Assembly: GCA_035694865.1 (NCBI GenBank)
Contig: DASSFC010000020.1
Coordinates: forward strand, 1 to 55,433
Length of the DNA stretch: 55,433 nucleotides
From: Candidatus Saccharimonadales bacterium
GTDB taxonomy: Bacteria > Patescibacteriota > Saccharimonadia > Saccharimonadales > UBA10212
Direction: 5' to 3'
Part shown: positions 27,335-35,453 of the stretch, piece by piece
Numbering within the stretch: the first letter of the stretch is position 1
How the letters are laid out: each line of letters begins with the position of its first letter
Position numbers and translations under genes: made by a program
Notes under the pieces: generated by a model
Databases searched by the model: none
What the model was told of the DNA's origin: nothing
The model's input: the letters and a program-made list of their open reading frames with translations, nothing else

Positions 27335-27532
27335 ATGGCAAGAGGGAAAGACCAAGTAAAGGTAATTAACCAAGGCGGCTTTGGTGGCGCCTATTTTTGC
27401 GCCATGATAGGCGCAGCCGTATATTTCGTACAGCATTCAGTCGGCTTTTGGGGCTTTATACTAGCTCTACTAAAAGCCTGTGTCTGGCCGGCCTTTTTGA
27501 TTCACACAGGCTTTAAGCTTATGGGTGTTTAG
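27335..27532 (+). CDS. Small membrane protein (65 aa, 2 TM)
   Basis: ORF with two hydrophobic helices, last in the plus-strand operon. Confidence 0.45.
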   Translation: MARGKDQVKVINQGGFGGAYFCAMIGAAVYFVQHSVGFWGFILALLKACVWPAFLIHTGFKLMGV

Positions 27533-27548
27533 CGATAGAGGCCTAATT

Positions 27549-27677
27549 TTATTGCGGATTTTGCTGGTTTTGGCCCTGGCTATTGTCCTTCTTATCAAAC
27601 CGCTCTTTTATATCACCCTCAATCTTTTGTTCGCCTTCTTGCTCATATTTTTTGACGTCGTCGTTGATATCTACCAT
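27549..27677 (-). CDS. Possible 42-aa acidic/hydrophilic peptide (MVDINDDVKKYEQEGEQKIEGDIKERFDKKDNSQGQNQQNPQ)
   Basis: A near-perfect SD AAGGAGGTGA ends 1 nt before the ATG. A candidate TTAACT-16 nt-TATATT promoter lies upstream. It is antisense to the track ORF 27525..27710. Confidence 0.35.
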   Translation of the reverse strand: MVDINDDVKKYEQEGEQKIEGDIKERFDKKDNSQGQNQQNPQ

Positions 27678-27781
27678 GTCACCTCCTTATTAATTGCTAT
27701 CGCAGTTTAATATAAAGACATATCTGCGGCAGTTAATGTTTTAACCAAGCATTGGTAATTTAAAACTAAACCAAGCCATAA

Positions 27782-27816
27782 AGCTCCCTGTCTCCATACG
27801 GAGACTGGGAGCTTTT
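27782..27816. terminator. 14-bp stem hairpin (one T.T mismatch) downstream of the LysM gene
   Basis: AGCTCCCTGTCTCC-atac-GGAGACTGGGAGCT, flanked by short A/T runs on both sides. Confidence 0.5.
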
Positions 27817-27845
27817 AAATAGGTGCGGGAAACTCTTTTAGCGAT

Positions 27846-28490
27846 CTACCACCAGCCGTGGGCGACCCAGAATGCGTAAGCGCCGGCCCAGCCGCCGTAC
27901 TTAGCCGAGTAGGCGGTAAAGAAAGCGTTTTGGCAGGCGTAGTCGGCGCCGCAGTAGGCGATTTTACTGGCCGGACAAGCCTGGCCGATACCGTAGCAAC
28001 CATTGGGGCTCATTGCCGTCGTACGGCAGCCTGATTCATGCATATAGATGAAGTTGGCGTAGGAATTGTCACCGCAGCCCGATACCGGGGCTGATTGGAC
28101 AATCGCCGGATGGCTAATGGCCGGCTGGCTGGCCGCCGCTGGGGCGGAAGGCTGCGCTGGTGCCGTATCGGCCGGCGCGGCGTCCGCAGGCAGCTGCCGA
28201 TCAGGCAGTTGCTCGCTTGGATCAGGCACGCGCAAGCTGTCACCCGGATAAATTAAATTCGGGTCACTGATTTTATCATTAGCGTCAAAAATCCTCACGT
28301 AAGTCGAGTTATGGGCGGTGGCAATGCTGGAGAGATTATCCCCTTCCGCTACCGTTACCATGACTGGCGGCTTAGTTTGACTTTTATTATTATTCTGCTC
28401 AGTCTGTGACTGTGCGTATGCGTGGTGACTGCCGGATATAGATAATACGGCGGCAGTCAAAACTCCCGCTGCAATAGCGGCTAATTTCAT
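27846..28490 (-). CDS. Secreted LysM-domain peptidoglycan-binding protein with Apf/SibA-like C-terminal domain
   Basis: Signal peptide, the LysM motif (VAEGDNLSSIA...IYPGDSLRVP), a Pro/Ala linker, and a Cys-rich C-terminus ending YSAKYGGWAGAYAFWVAHGWW. Confidence 0.8.
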   Translation of the reverse strand: MKLAAIAAGVLTAAVLSISGSHHAYAQSQTEQNNNKSQTKPPVMVTVAEGDNLSSIATAHNSTYVRIFDANDKISDPNLIYPGDSLRVPDPSEQLPDRQLPADAAPADTAPAQPSAPAAASQPAISHPAIVQSAPVSGCGDNSYANFIYMHESGCRTTAMSPNGCYGIGQACPASKIAYCGADYACQNAFFTAYSAKYGGWAGAYAFWVAHGWW

Positions 28491-28629
28491 ATAAACCTCC
28501 TAAACCCTCCCTAGAAGGGACCCCAATATTCTATTTGTTTGCGATTAAATTCTAGTTGTAGTGTTTGGATATTCCAGAAAAGGGATTTTTGCGCTCTCCA
28601 CCTCACAATTGTGAAAAGACACAAACGCT

Positions 28630-28657
28630 ATCTTAACGTGCTGAATTTTAATGTCAA
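28630..28657 (-). promoter_or_regulatory. Promoter TTGACA-16 nt-TAAGAT for the LysM gene, giving a ~130-nt leader
   Basis: Hexamers at 28657..28652 and 28635..28630 on the minus strand. Confidence 0.45.
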
Positions 28658-28694
28658 GCAAATATACATAAGTTTTTTGTGAAAAACACCTAAC

Positions 28695-28724
28695 AAAAAA
28701 CTCTCCAAGGAGGAGAGTTTTTTT
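28695..28724. terminator. Bidirectional terminator AAAAAA-CTCTCC-aagga-GGAGAG-TTTTTTT
   Basis: A 6-bp stem flanked by an A-run and a T-run, just downstream of the minus-strand RRM gene. Confidence 0.65.
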
Positions 28725-28744
28725 GACAACCGGACGTTAAAGTC

Positions 28745-29017
28745 CTACCAGTTGTTACTGCGGGGTCGGTCCTCTTTAGGACGGGCCTCGGCGACGGATA
28801 TCGAACGGCCGCCAACTTCAGAGCCATTGAGGGCTTTTTCAGCGGCTTTGCCTTCGGTTTCGTCTTCGAATTCAACGAAGCCAAAGCCTTTGCTGCGGCC
28901 ACTTTCGCGGTCACGGACGACGTTAGCGGAAGCCACTTTACCGTGGGCGGCGAACAGCTCGCGCAGTTCGTCGTCGGTGGTAGCGAATGGCAGGCCGCCT
29001 ACAAACATCTTGTACAT
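28745..29017 (-). CDS. RRM-type RNA-binding protein (paralog 2)
   Basis: RNP-2 MFVGGL and RNP-1 KGFGFVEF; 90 aa. Confidence 0.85.
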   Translation of the reverse strand: MYKMFVGGLPFATTDDELRELFAAHGKVASANVVRDRESGRSKGFGFVEFEDETEGKAAEKALNGSEVGGRSISVAEARPKEDRPRSNNW

Positions 29018-29344
29018 GTATTAGTTCCTTATTAATTCTTACTAGGCACGACCCTTATTGTCTGGATTTGAACTCTTGCACCGAGGGCCGAACATTCCTC
29101 ACCAAGAACAGATAAGCTCCTAATAGCGTAAGTAAACCACGAAACTAGAGTTAAAGCAACCAAAAACAAGTTGACAGTGGCCGCTGGCCTAAGGTTTAAT
29201 CTTAAGCAGGTTAAAAAAACAAAAACAAAAAGGACAAAGTAATGCCGCAGTTAGCATATATTGTATTGCCGACCACGGACGAGCAAATCTTAAAGCTCGA
29301 TCCGGTTTTGGACGAAGCCTGAAAGCGCTCGTTTAAGGAGGTGT

Positions 29345-29377
29345 AACAGATGTGATTATGGTATAATCACATCTGTT
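29345..29377 (+). promoter_or_regulatory. Perfect 15-bp inverted repeat (AACAGATGTGATTAT-ggt-ATAATCACATCTGTT) enclosing the extended -10 TGGTATAAT of tRNA-Met
   Basis: Read directly. TATAAT at 29362..29367 is followed by CACATCTGTT, a variant of the tRNA promoter block. Confidence 0.6.
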
Positions 29378-29385
29378 ATTTTTAG

Positions 29386-29462
29386 GCCAGGGTAGCTCAG
29401 TTGGTTAGAGCACAGGACTCATAAGCCTGCGGTCGGCGGTTCGAATCCGCCCCCTGGTACCA
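29386..29462 (+). tRNA. tRNA-Met (CAT), probably elongator; CCA encoded
   Basis: Good cloverleaf. The TAGCTCAGTTGGTTAGAGCACA...CTCATAA arm resembles E. coli metT. It has a G1.U72 wobble and an A31.G39 mismatch. Confidence 0.88.
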
Positions 29463-29466
29463 CTTT

Positions 29467-29979
29467 ATGGCGAAGAAACTATCTACAGATTACAATCCGG
29501 CTGAACGGCCACGGACGGCTACAGATAAAGCCTTCCGGATCAGTCTTTATGGTAAAGGCCTGGACGGACTGCTGGAAACCCTTGGCGGTATTTTACTGCT
29601 CCTGGTTAGTCCCAACCAAATCAATCACCTGGCCAGATGGCTTACACAAGGTGAACTGAGCCAGGATCCTCATGACTTCATCGCCCATCACATCCTTAAA
29701 ACGGCCCACCACTTAACGGGATCGTCTCTGGTGTTTGGAGCGGCCTATCTGTTAAGCCACGGTTTGGTAAAAGTGTTTTTGGTTTTTATGGTACTGCGCG
29801 ACAAAATCTGGGCATATCTGGCCTTAATCGGAGTTACCGGGTTGTTTGTCATCTACCAGCTATACCGTTTAATAGTCGACAAATTCTCCGTGAGCTTATT
29901 ACTACTGACATTATTTGACCTATTGATTATTTACCTTACCCAAAAAGAATACCGGCGGCACTTGGACGCTAAGGCTTAG
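29467..29979 (+). CDS. DUF2127-like membrane protein
   Basis: Four TM helices with the spacing and conserved hydrophobic pattern of DUF2127. The ATG lies only 4 nt after the tRNA CCA end. Confidence 0.5.
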   Translation: MAKKLSTDYNPAERPRTATDKAFRISLYGKGLDGLLETLGGILLLLVSPNQINHLARWLTQGELSQDPHDFIAHHILKTAHHLTGSSLVFGAAYLLSHGLVKVFLVFMVLRDKIWAYLALIGVTGLFVIYQLYRLIVDKFSVSLLLLTLFDLLIIYLTQKEYRRHLDAKA

Positions 29980-30235
29980 CCTTATCATCAGCTTTAGGCG
30001 GCGTATAGTCTGTGACTCCGCGGTTGCCGGGATCAGCCGTTTCGGTAGCGCCGGAAATGCCTTCGTCGTAATGTTCCATTGAGTCGACATTGGTATCGGC
30101 CTCCGGATGCGTAACGTCGGTCGTATCCTGGATGCCATTTGGTGCTGAGAAAGGCGTTGAATAATCCTCCGGCAGTTTCTCCTGCTCGTCTTCATCATTA
30201 GTAATTCCCTGTGGCGGCATATACCCTCCATTCAT
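29969..30235 (-). CDS. Hypothetical acidic 88-aa protein
   Basis: I chose the internal ATG (MNGGYMPPQG...). Very acidic and low complexity. The longer 140-aa version would run into the neighbouring promoter region. Confidence 0.35.
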   Translation of the reverse strand: MNGGYMPPQGITNDEDEQEKLPEDYSTPFSAPNGIQDTTDVTHPEADTNVDSMEHYDEGISGATETADPGNRGVTDYTPPKADDKAKP

Positions 30236-30345
30236 TACATTCTTATTAAAACACTGCTGGCAATTATAGAAGTTAAATAAATCACAGCTAAAGTCCCGGG
30301 TTGGGGATAGTCTGAAAAGACTATGAAAATGAGGAGTGCAGCAAT

Positions 30346-30888
30346 ATGGATGGGAGCCGGTTATCTGGCAGGAAAGTGGCGGTCGTCGCAACAGATTATT
30401 TTGAAGAAGCAGAACTGGTGGAACCTGTAAAAGCCCTGCGCGACGCGGGGGCTGAGGTTGAGATAATCGCGCCGAAGAGCGGCGAAATTAAGGGCTTAGA
30501 GCATGTCGAACCTGGTAAATCCGTCAAAGTTGATAAAACTTTGGACGAGGCCGACCCAAATGACTATGACGCTTTGCTTTTACCGGGTGGTGCGGTCAAT
30601 GCCGACCATCTGAGGATGGAGCAAAAAGCCCGCGATTTTGTGACCAAAATTATGGATGAACGGGGCAAGCCCACAGCGGTGATTTGCCACGCGCCCTGGA
30701 TGCTGGCCAGCACCGGTTTGGCGCGCGGTAAGAAGCTGACCAGCTATTTTACTATCCAGGACGATATGCGCAACGCCGGCGCTGATTGGGTAGATGAAGA
30801 AGTGGTGATAGACGGAAATCTAATAACCAGCCGCAATCCGGATGATATTCCGGCATTTAATAAAGTGCTGATTAAAGCCCTAAGCTAG
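30346..30888 (+). CDS. DJ-1/PfpI family protein (type 1 glutamine amidotransferase-like)
   Basis: Nucleophile elbow AVICHAPW, and the LLPGG and ITSRNPDD motifs. Confidence 0.9.
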   Translation: MDGSRLSGRKVAVVATDYFEEAELVEPVKALRDAGAEVEIIAPKSGEIKGLEHVEPGKSVKVDKTLDEADPNDYDALLLPGGAVNADHLRMEQKARDFVTKIMDERGKPTAVICHAPWMLASTGLARGKKLTSYFTIQDDMRNAGADWVDEEVVIDGNLITSRNPDDIPAFNKVLIKALS

Positions 30889-30912
30889 TATACCTCTGTT
30901 AAAATAGAGTTT

Positions 30913-31797
30913 ATGAAGGCTAGTTTGCCAGAGGGCAAATATGTGCTGGCTGTGTCGGGCGGGGTTGACTCCATGGTATTACTTGACTTGTTAAGTAATT
31001 TACGAGGAGTTGATTTGGTGATGGCGAATTTTAATCATGGCATTAGGGCTGATTCTGATGAAGATGAGAAGCTAATGGCTGTGGCGGCCAGCCGGTACGG
31101 CTGGCCGCTGGAGATTGGACATGGCAAGCTTGGCCCAAAGTCCAGTGAAGAAACATCCCGTCGGGCGCGCTATCAATTTCTTGAAGTCATCCGCATAAAG
31201 CACCAGGCTACAAAAATTATTACAGCCCATCATCAAGATGACTTGATTGAAACAGCGCTGATTAACATCTTAAGGGGGACCAACCGCCGCGGACTATCGG
31301 CCATCGCGGATAACACTAAGGTCTTACGGCCGCTGCTGAATGTCTCAAAGACAGAAATAGTTAAGTACGCCCGTCGGCATGGTTTAGCTTGGCGAGAGGA
31401 CAGCACAAACCAAAGCCCCGACTATCTTAGGAATTATATCCGTCTCGAAATCACCCCCAAGCTAAACGGCCATCAAAAAAAAGCTTTAATTGGCAGCCTG
31501 GCTAAAATCAAACAACTGAATTCGGAAATCGATGAGCAAATCAGGAGTCTGGGATTACTTATTAGGCCCAAAAAAGATATTGATCGCCAACTTTATGCCA
31601 GCCTGCCCGACAAAATCGCTGATGAGCTACTAGTTTATTGGCTGCGGGCTGGGCAGATGGGCGAAATTGACCGGAATGAGGTAAGCCGGCTTAAGCTGGC
31701 GCTAAAAACCGCCAAACCTGATACCCAGCACACTGTTAAAGGCTCTAACCAGCTGGTCGTAAAAGCCAGTACAGCCGGCTTTAAAGCAACCTCTTAG
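30913..31797 (+). CDS. tilS: tRNA(Ile)-lysidine synthase
   Basis: PP-loop VAVSGGVDSMVLLDLL, and the conserved position upstream of ftsH. Confidence 0.88.
   Translation: MKASLPEGKYVLAVSGGVDSMVLLDLLSNLRGVDLVMANFNHGIRADSDEDEKLMAVAASRYGWPLEIGHGKLGPKSSEETSRRARYQFLEVIRIKHQATKIITAHHQDDLIETALINILRGTNRRGLSAIADNTKVLRPLLNVSKTEIVKYARRHGLAWREDSTNQSPDYLRNYIRLEITPKLNGHQKKALIGSLAKIKQLNSEIDEQIRSLGLLIRPKKDIDRQLYASLPDKIADELLVYWLRAGQMGEIDRNEVSRLKLALKTAKPDTQHTVKGSNQLVVKASTAGFKATS
30978..30999. repeat. Palindrome motif copy (ATTACTTGAC-TT-GTTAAGTAAT), 9/10 arms, inside tilS
   Basis: Read directly. It overlaps the PP-loop-adjacent codons VLLDLLSN. Confidence 0.7.
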
Positions 31798-31831
31798 AAA
31801 CCTCTCAGGCTACTGGTATAATATTTTAGTA

Positions 31832-33700
31832 ATGGAGAAGAAGTCCTTCAGGTTGAGTGGCGGTAAAGACAATCGCGGCAATCATTTTAAGAATGCAGGG
31901 TTTATTGCCCTTATTGTTTTGTTCGGACTCATTATCTACGCCTCGCTGCATCAGCCCAGCTCCCTTAAAGACGTGCCGTTTTCCCAGGTTATTTCTGACG
32001 CTAACGGTGGTAAAATCCAGCAGATTACCGTCAAGGGTAATGAGCTGGAGATAACGCCGAAAGGGCAATCCAAGCCGACCGAGCGCTCGAATAAGGAAGA
32101 CGGTTCGAGCATCTATCAGCAAGGGCTTCAGCAGGGCAAGGTCGTACTGAATAACCAGCCGACCAACGACAATAACAATGCCTGGCTGAGCCTGTTGCTG
32201 GGAACTGTTTTACCGGTGTTGATAATCGGCGGGCTGTTGATTTTTATGTTCCGAAGTGCCCAGGGTCAGGGCAACCAGGCCCTTAGTTTTGGCAAAAGCC
32301 GGGCCCGGCTTTACGGCAACGAAAAAGACCGGATTGCTTTTAAAGACGTAGCCGGTAATAACGAAGCCAAACAAGACCTTGAGGAAGTCGTCGAATTTTT
32401 AAAGTATCCGAAAAAATTTGAAGGGGTCGGCGCCCGGATTCCTAAAGGAGTTTTACTAGTAGGCCCTCCGGGCACCGGTAAGACTATGCTGGCGCGGGCG
32501 GTGGCCGGAGAGGCTAACGCGCCATTCTTTTCTATCAGCGGTTCTGAATTTGTGGAAATGTTCGTCGGCGTCGGTGCCAGCCGGGTGCGCGATTTATTCA
32601 ACAAAGCCAAAAAGAATGCCCCCTGTATTATTTTCATAGATGAAATCGACGCCGTTGGCCGCCGCCGCGGCAGCGGTATGGGGGGCGGCCACGACGAGCG
32701 GGAACAGACTCTCAACCAGATATTGGTTGAGATGGACGGCTTTGAGCAGGGCCAGAACGTGATTGTTTTAGCGGCTACTAACCGGGCGGACGTACTTGAC
32801 CCGGCACTGCTGCGCCCCGGCCGGTTTGACCGCCGGGTAAATATTGATTTACCGGACCGCAAAGACCGCGAAGCTATCCTCAAGGTGCACTTCAGTGAAA
32901 AACCGGTCAGCAAAGACGTCGATCTGGATAGCCTGGCGGCCAAAACGGCCGGGTCATCGGGTGCCGACCTGGCTAACATAGCCAATGAAGCCGCCATTTT
33001 GGCCGCCCGCCATAACCGCAAAGTCATAGAGAACGAAGACGTCGTTTCAGCTTTTGAAAAAGTTGCTATCGGTCCTGAGCGTAAAAGCAAAATAATGAGC
33101 GAAAAGGAAAAAGAACTGACTGCTTACCACGAAGCCGGCCATGCCGTCGTTGGGCACGTTTTGCCTGATAGCGATATGGTCCACAAAGTAACTATAATCC
33201 CCCGCGGTGGCACCGGCGGTGTGACCTGGTTTATCCCGCCCGAAGATAAAAGCTACCACAGCATTATCGAATATAAGGACGTGCTGGCCCGGATGCTGGG
33301 CGGCCGGGTAGCCGAAGAGTTAATTTACGGACCGGAGCGCGTTACTACTGGCGCGGGCAGTGATTTACAAAAAGCCGCCGAGCTGGCCCGTGACATGATA
33401 GTTAATCAAGGTATGGGTAAGAAGTTGCGTGACCAAGTATTCCACACTGATGACGGTATGATGTTCGATAAAATGGTGCATGAGCGCCAGTATTCCGATG
33501 AGACTGCCAAGGTTATAGATGATGAAGTCGAGAATCTCATCACCGAAGCTGCTAACCGGGCCCGGGTAGTAGTTAAAGCCAACCTGCATAAACTGGAAGA
33601 TCTTAAGAAAGCTTTGCTGGATAAAGAAACGGTCGAAGCTAAAGAGGTTTCTAAGCTTCTCGAGGGTACTCATATGCCCAGAGCCGCCGCCCTTTACTAA
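31832..33700 (+). CDS. ftsH: ATP-dependent zinc metalloprotease FtsH
   Basis: Two TM helices, AAA+ Walker A GPPGTGKT, the SRH, and the HEAGH zinc site. Confidence 0.97.
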   Translation: MEKKSFRLSGGKDNRGNHFKNAGFIALIVLFGLIIYASLHQPSSLKDVPFSQVISDANGGKIQQITVKGNELEITPKGQSKPTERSNKEDGSSIYQQGLQQGKVVLNNQPTNDNNNAWLSLLLGTVLPVLIIGGLLIFMFRSAQGQGNQALSFGKSRARLYGNEKDRIAFKDVAGNNEAKQDLEEVVEFLKYPKKFEGVGARIPKGVLLVGPPGTGKTMLARAVAGEANAPFFSISGSEFVEMFVGVGASRVRDLFNKAKKNAPCIIFIDEIDAVGRRRGSGMGGGHDEREQTLNQILVEMDGFEQGQNVIVLAATNRADVLDPALLRPGRFDRRVNIDLPDRKDREAILKVHFSEKPVSKDVDLDSLAAKTAGSSGADLANIANEAAILAARHNRKVIENEDVVSAFEKVAIGPERKSKIMSEKEKELTAYHEAGHAVVGHVLPDSDMVHKVTIIPRGGTGGVTWFIPPEDKSYHSIIEYKDVLARMLGGRVAEELIYGPERVTTGAGSDLQKAAELARDMIVNQGMGKKLRDQVFHTDDGMMFDKMVHERQYSDETAKVIDDEVENLITEAANRARVVVKANLHKLEDLKKALLDKETVEAKEVSKLLEGTHMPRAAALY

Positions 33701-33758
33701 GTCACCCAATCGTTAAATCACAACAAAACAAGAACAAGCGCAATGGTAGAATAAACCT

Positions 33759-34787
33759 ATGGCGATTGAGCGGATAACTAACACCGCAGCCCAAGAAGAT
33801 CCGGCTGAAGAACAGCTTGAGCAGACCCTCCGGCCGCGCGACTTTAAAAATTACGTCGGCCAGGAGCGTTTAAAGAAAAATCTTAAACTGGCCATCGCCG
33901 CCGCAAAAAAACGTGGTGAGCCGATTGACCATATTTTGCTGTATGGACCACCCGGTCTAGGAAAAACCACCATGGCCACAGTAATTGCCAATGAGATGGG
34001 CGCCCAGGTGAGGGTGACCAGCGGACCGGCGATTGAGCGGGCCGGTGATTTGGCCAGCCTGCTAACCAACCTACAGGATGGCGATATCTTGTTCATCGAT
34101 GAAATCCATCGCCTGCACCGCGTGGTGGAAGAAGTCCTTTATGCTGCCATGGAAGATTTTAAGCTGGATATCATGCTGGGCAAAGGACCCAGTGCCCGCA
34201 GCTTGCGGCTTGATTTACCCAAATTTACCATCATTGGCGCCACCACCCGGACGGGCGCGCTGGCGGCGCCGCTGCGCGACCGGTTTGGCATGATTCATCG
34301 CCTGGAGTTCTATACACCAGAGGAAATCGCCCAGATTATTAACCGTTCAGCCAAGATATTGGATGTAGCCATCAATAAAAAATCTTCAGAACTTTTGGCA
34401 AAGCGGGCCCGGCTGACGCCGCGCATCGCTAACCGGCTGCTCAAGCGGGTACGTGATTACGCTGATATCAACGGCGACGGCATCATAGATGAGAAATTGG
34501 CCGGCGAAGCGCTGGCATTGTTGGAAATCGATGACTTAGGTTTAGACCCCGCCGACCGGCACCTGCTGTCGGTGATAATCGAACACCATAATGGCGGGCC
34601 GGTCGGTGTCGAAACCCTGGCAGCCCTGACAGCAGAGGAGCGCACAACCATCGAAGATTTTTATGAACCCTATCTGATGCAGATAGGCCTACTGGAGAGG
34701 ACACCGCGCGGCCGGAAGGTTACAAGCCGGGCCTGGCAGCATCTGGGAAAAAAACCGGTAACCAAGACTCAGCCGTCTTTACTTTAA
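33759..34787 (+). CDS. ruvB: Holliday junction helicase RuvB
   Basis: [13 protein letters not shown], Walker [10 protein letters not shown], and the DEIHRL sensor. Confidence 0.97.
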   Translation: MAIERITNTAAQEDPAEEQLEQTLRPRDFKNYVGQERLKKNLKLAIAAAKKRGEPIDHILLYGPPGLGKTTMATVIANEMGAQVRVTSGPAIERAGDLASLLTNLQDGDILFIDEIHRLHRVVEEVLYAAMEDFKLDIMLGKGPSARSLRLDLPKFTIIGATTRTGALAAPLRDRFGMIHRLEFYTPEEIAQIINRSAKILDVAINKKSSELLAKRARLTPRIANRLLKRVRDYADINGDGIIDEKLAGEALALLEIDDLGLDPADRHLLSVIIEHHNGGPVGVETLAALTAEERTTIEDFYEPYLMQIGLLERTPRGRKVTSRAWQHLGKKPVTKTQPSLL

Positions 34788-34807
34788 ATCGGATATAATT
34801 TAGCCTG

Positions 34808-35410
34808 ATGGAACCAACTGAAAATCCCAGCCAGCCGCCGGCTGCGCCGCCTCCTCTGAGGGGCATTTCCAAAAATGTTCATGAAGACATGCTGGAGCCG
34901 GGCGAATGCGTGCTGACAGTTGTCCACCGCTCTTTGGTCGGCCTGGCTGGTATCTATATCGTAGCGATAGTTGCTCTGGCTGCAATCTTCGGGCTGTTTA
35001 TTAGCATGTCGCCTGGCACCTTTGATACATCAAGCACTAACATTTCACCAGCTCTCAGCGCTGCTATGGTGCTGGGCGCGATCCTGCTGGTACTAATTTT
35101 GTTTACGGCGACTTACGTTTATCGGCAAAGCCGCCTGCTAGTGACCGACAAAAGCCTTGTCCAGGTCATGCAAAAGACATTATTTATACGTAAAGCCTCA
35201 CGCTTGAGCATGTCTAATGTGGAGGACGTCAACGAAGAGCAGAGAGGTATTTTGGCCAGCATCTTTAACTACGGCACTTTGACGGTCCAGACGGCTGGTA
35301 CTGAAGATAATTTTATCTTCACACTGTGCCCGAACCCGGCTGGCCTGGCCGACAGGATTATAGAGGCCCGCCAGGCCTACGCTAAATCACTCGAAGAAGA
35401 AACAAAATAA
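34808..35410 (+). CDS. Membrane protein with bacterial PH domain (bPH_2/YdbT-like)
   Basis: Two TM helices followed by LVTDKSLVQV...NYGTLTVQTAG, a pattern typical of bPH_2. Confidence 0.55.
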   Translation: MEPTENPSQPPAAPPPLRGISKNVHEDMLEPGECVLTVVHRSLVGLAGIYIVAIVALAAIFGLFISMSPGTFDTSSTNISPALSAAMVLGAILLVLILFTATYVYRQSRLLVTDKSLVQVMQKTLFIRKASRLSMSNVEDVNEEQRGILASIFNYGTLTVQTAGTEDNFIFTLCPNPAGLADRIIEARQAYAKSLEEETK

Positions 35411-35413
35411 GCG

Positions 35414-35453
35414 CCAGGAATAAATACTTAACTAGTTAAGTATTTATTCCTGG
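35414..35453. repeat. Palindrome motif copy, extended: perfect 19+2+19 (CCAGGAATAAATACTTAAC-TA-GTTAAGTATTTATTCCTGG)
   Basis: Read directly. It lies between convergent genes, and its right arm covers the last three codons and the stop of 35444..35749. Confidence 0.95.

Noticed and set aside
27525-27710. The plus-strand 61-aa hydrophobic ORF from the track.
   Set aside because: It has a GTG start without an SD, inside the stop region of the preceding gene. The antisense 42-aa ORF has much better expression signals. I kept it only as the competing model in the strand-conflict finding.
28491-28629. The ~130-nt leader upstream of the LysM wall-protein gene as a possible c-di-AMP (ydaO-type) or other riboswitch. 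It also contains the 12-bp palindrome TCACAATTGTGA at 28603..28614.
   Set aside because: I cannot recognise the conserved ydaO core or any other known riboswitch signature by eye, and the leader is short for that class. The question stays open until a covariance-model scan (Rfam/Infernal) is run.
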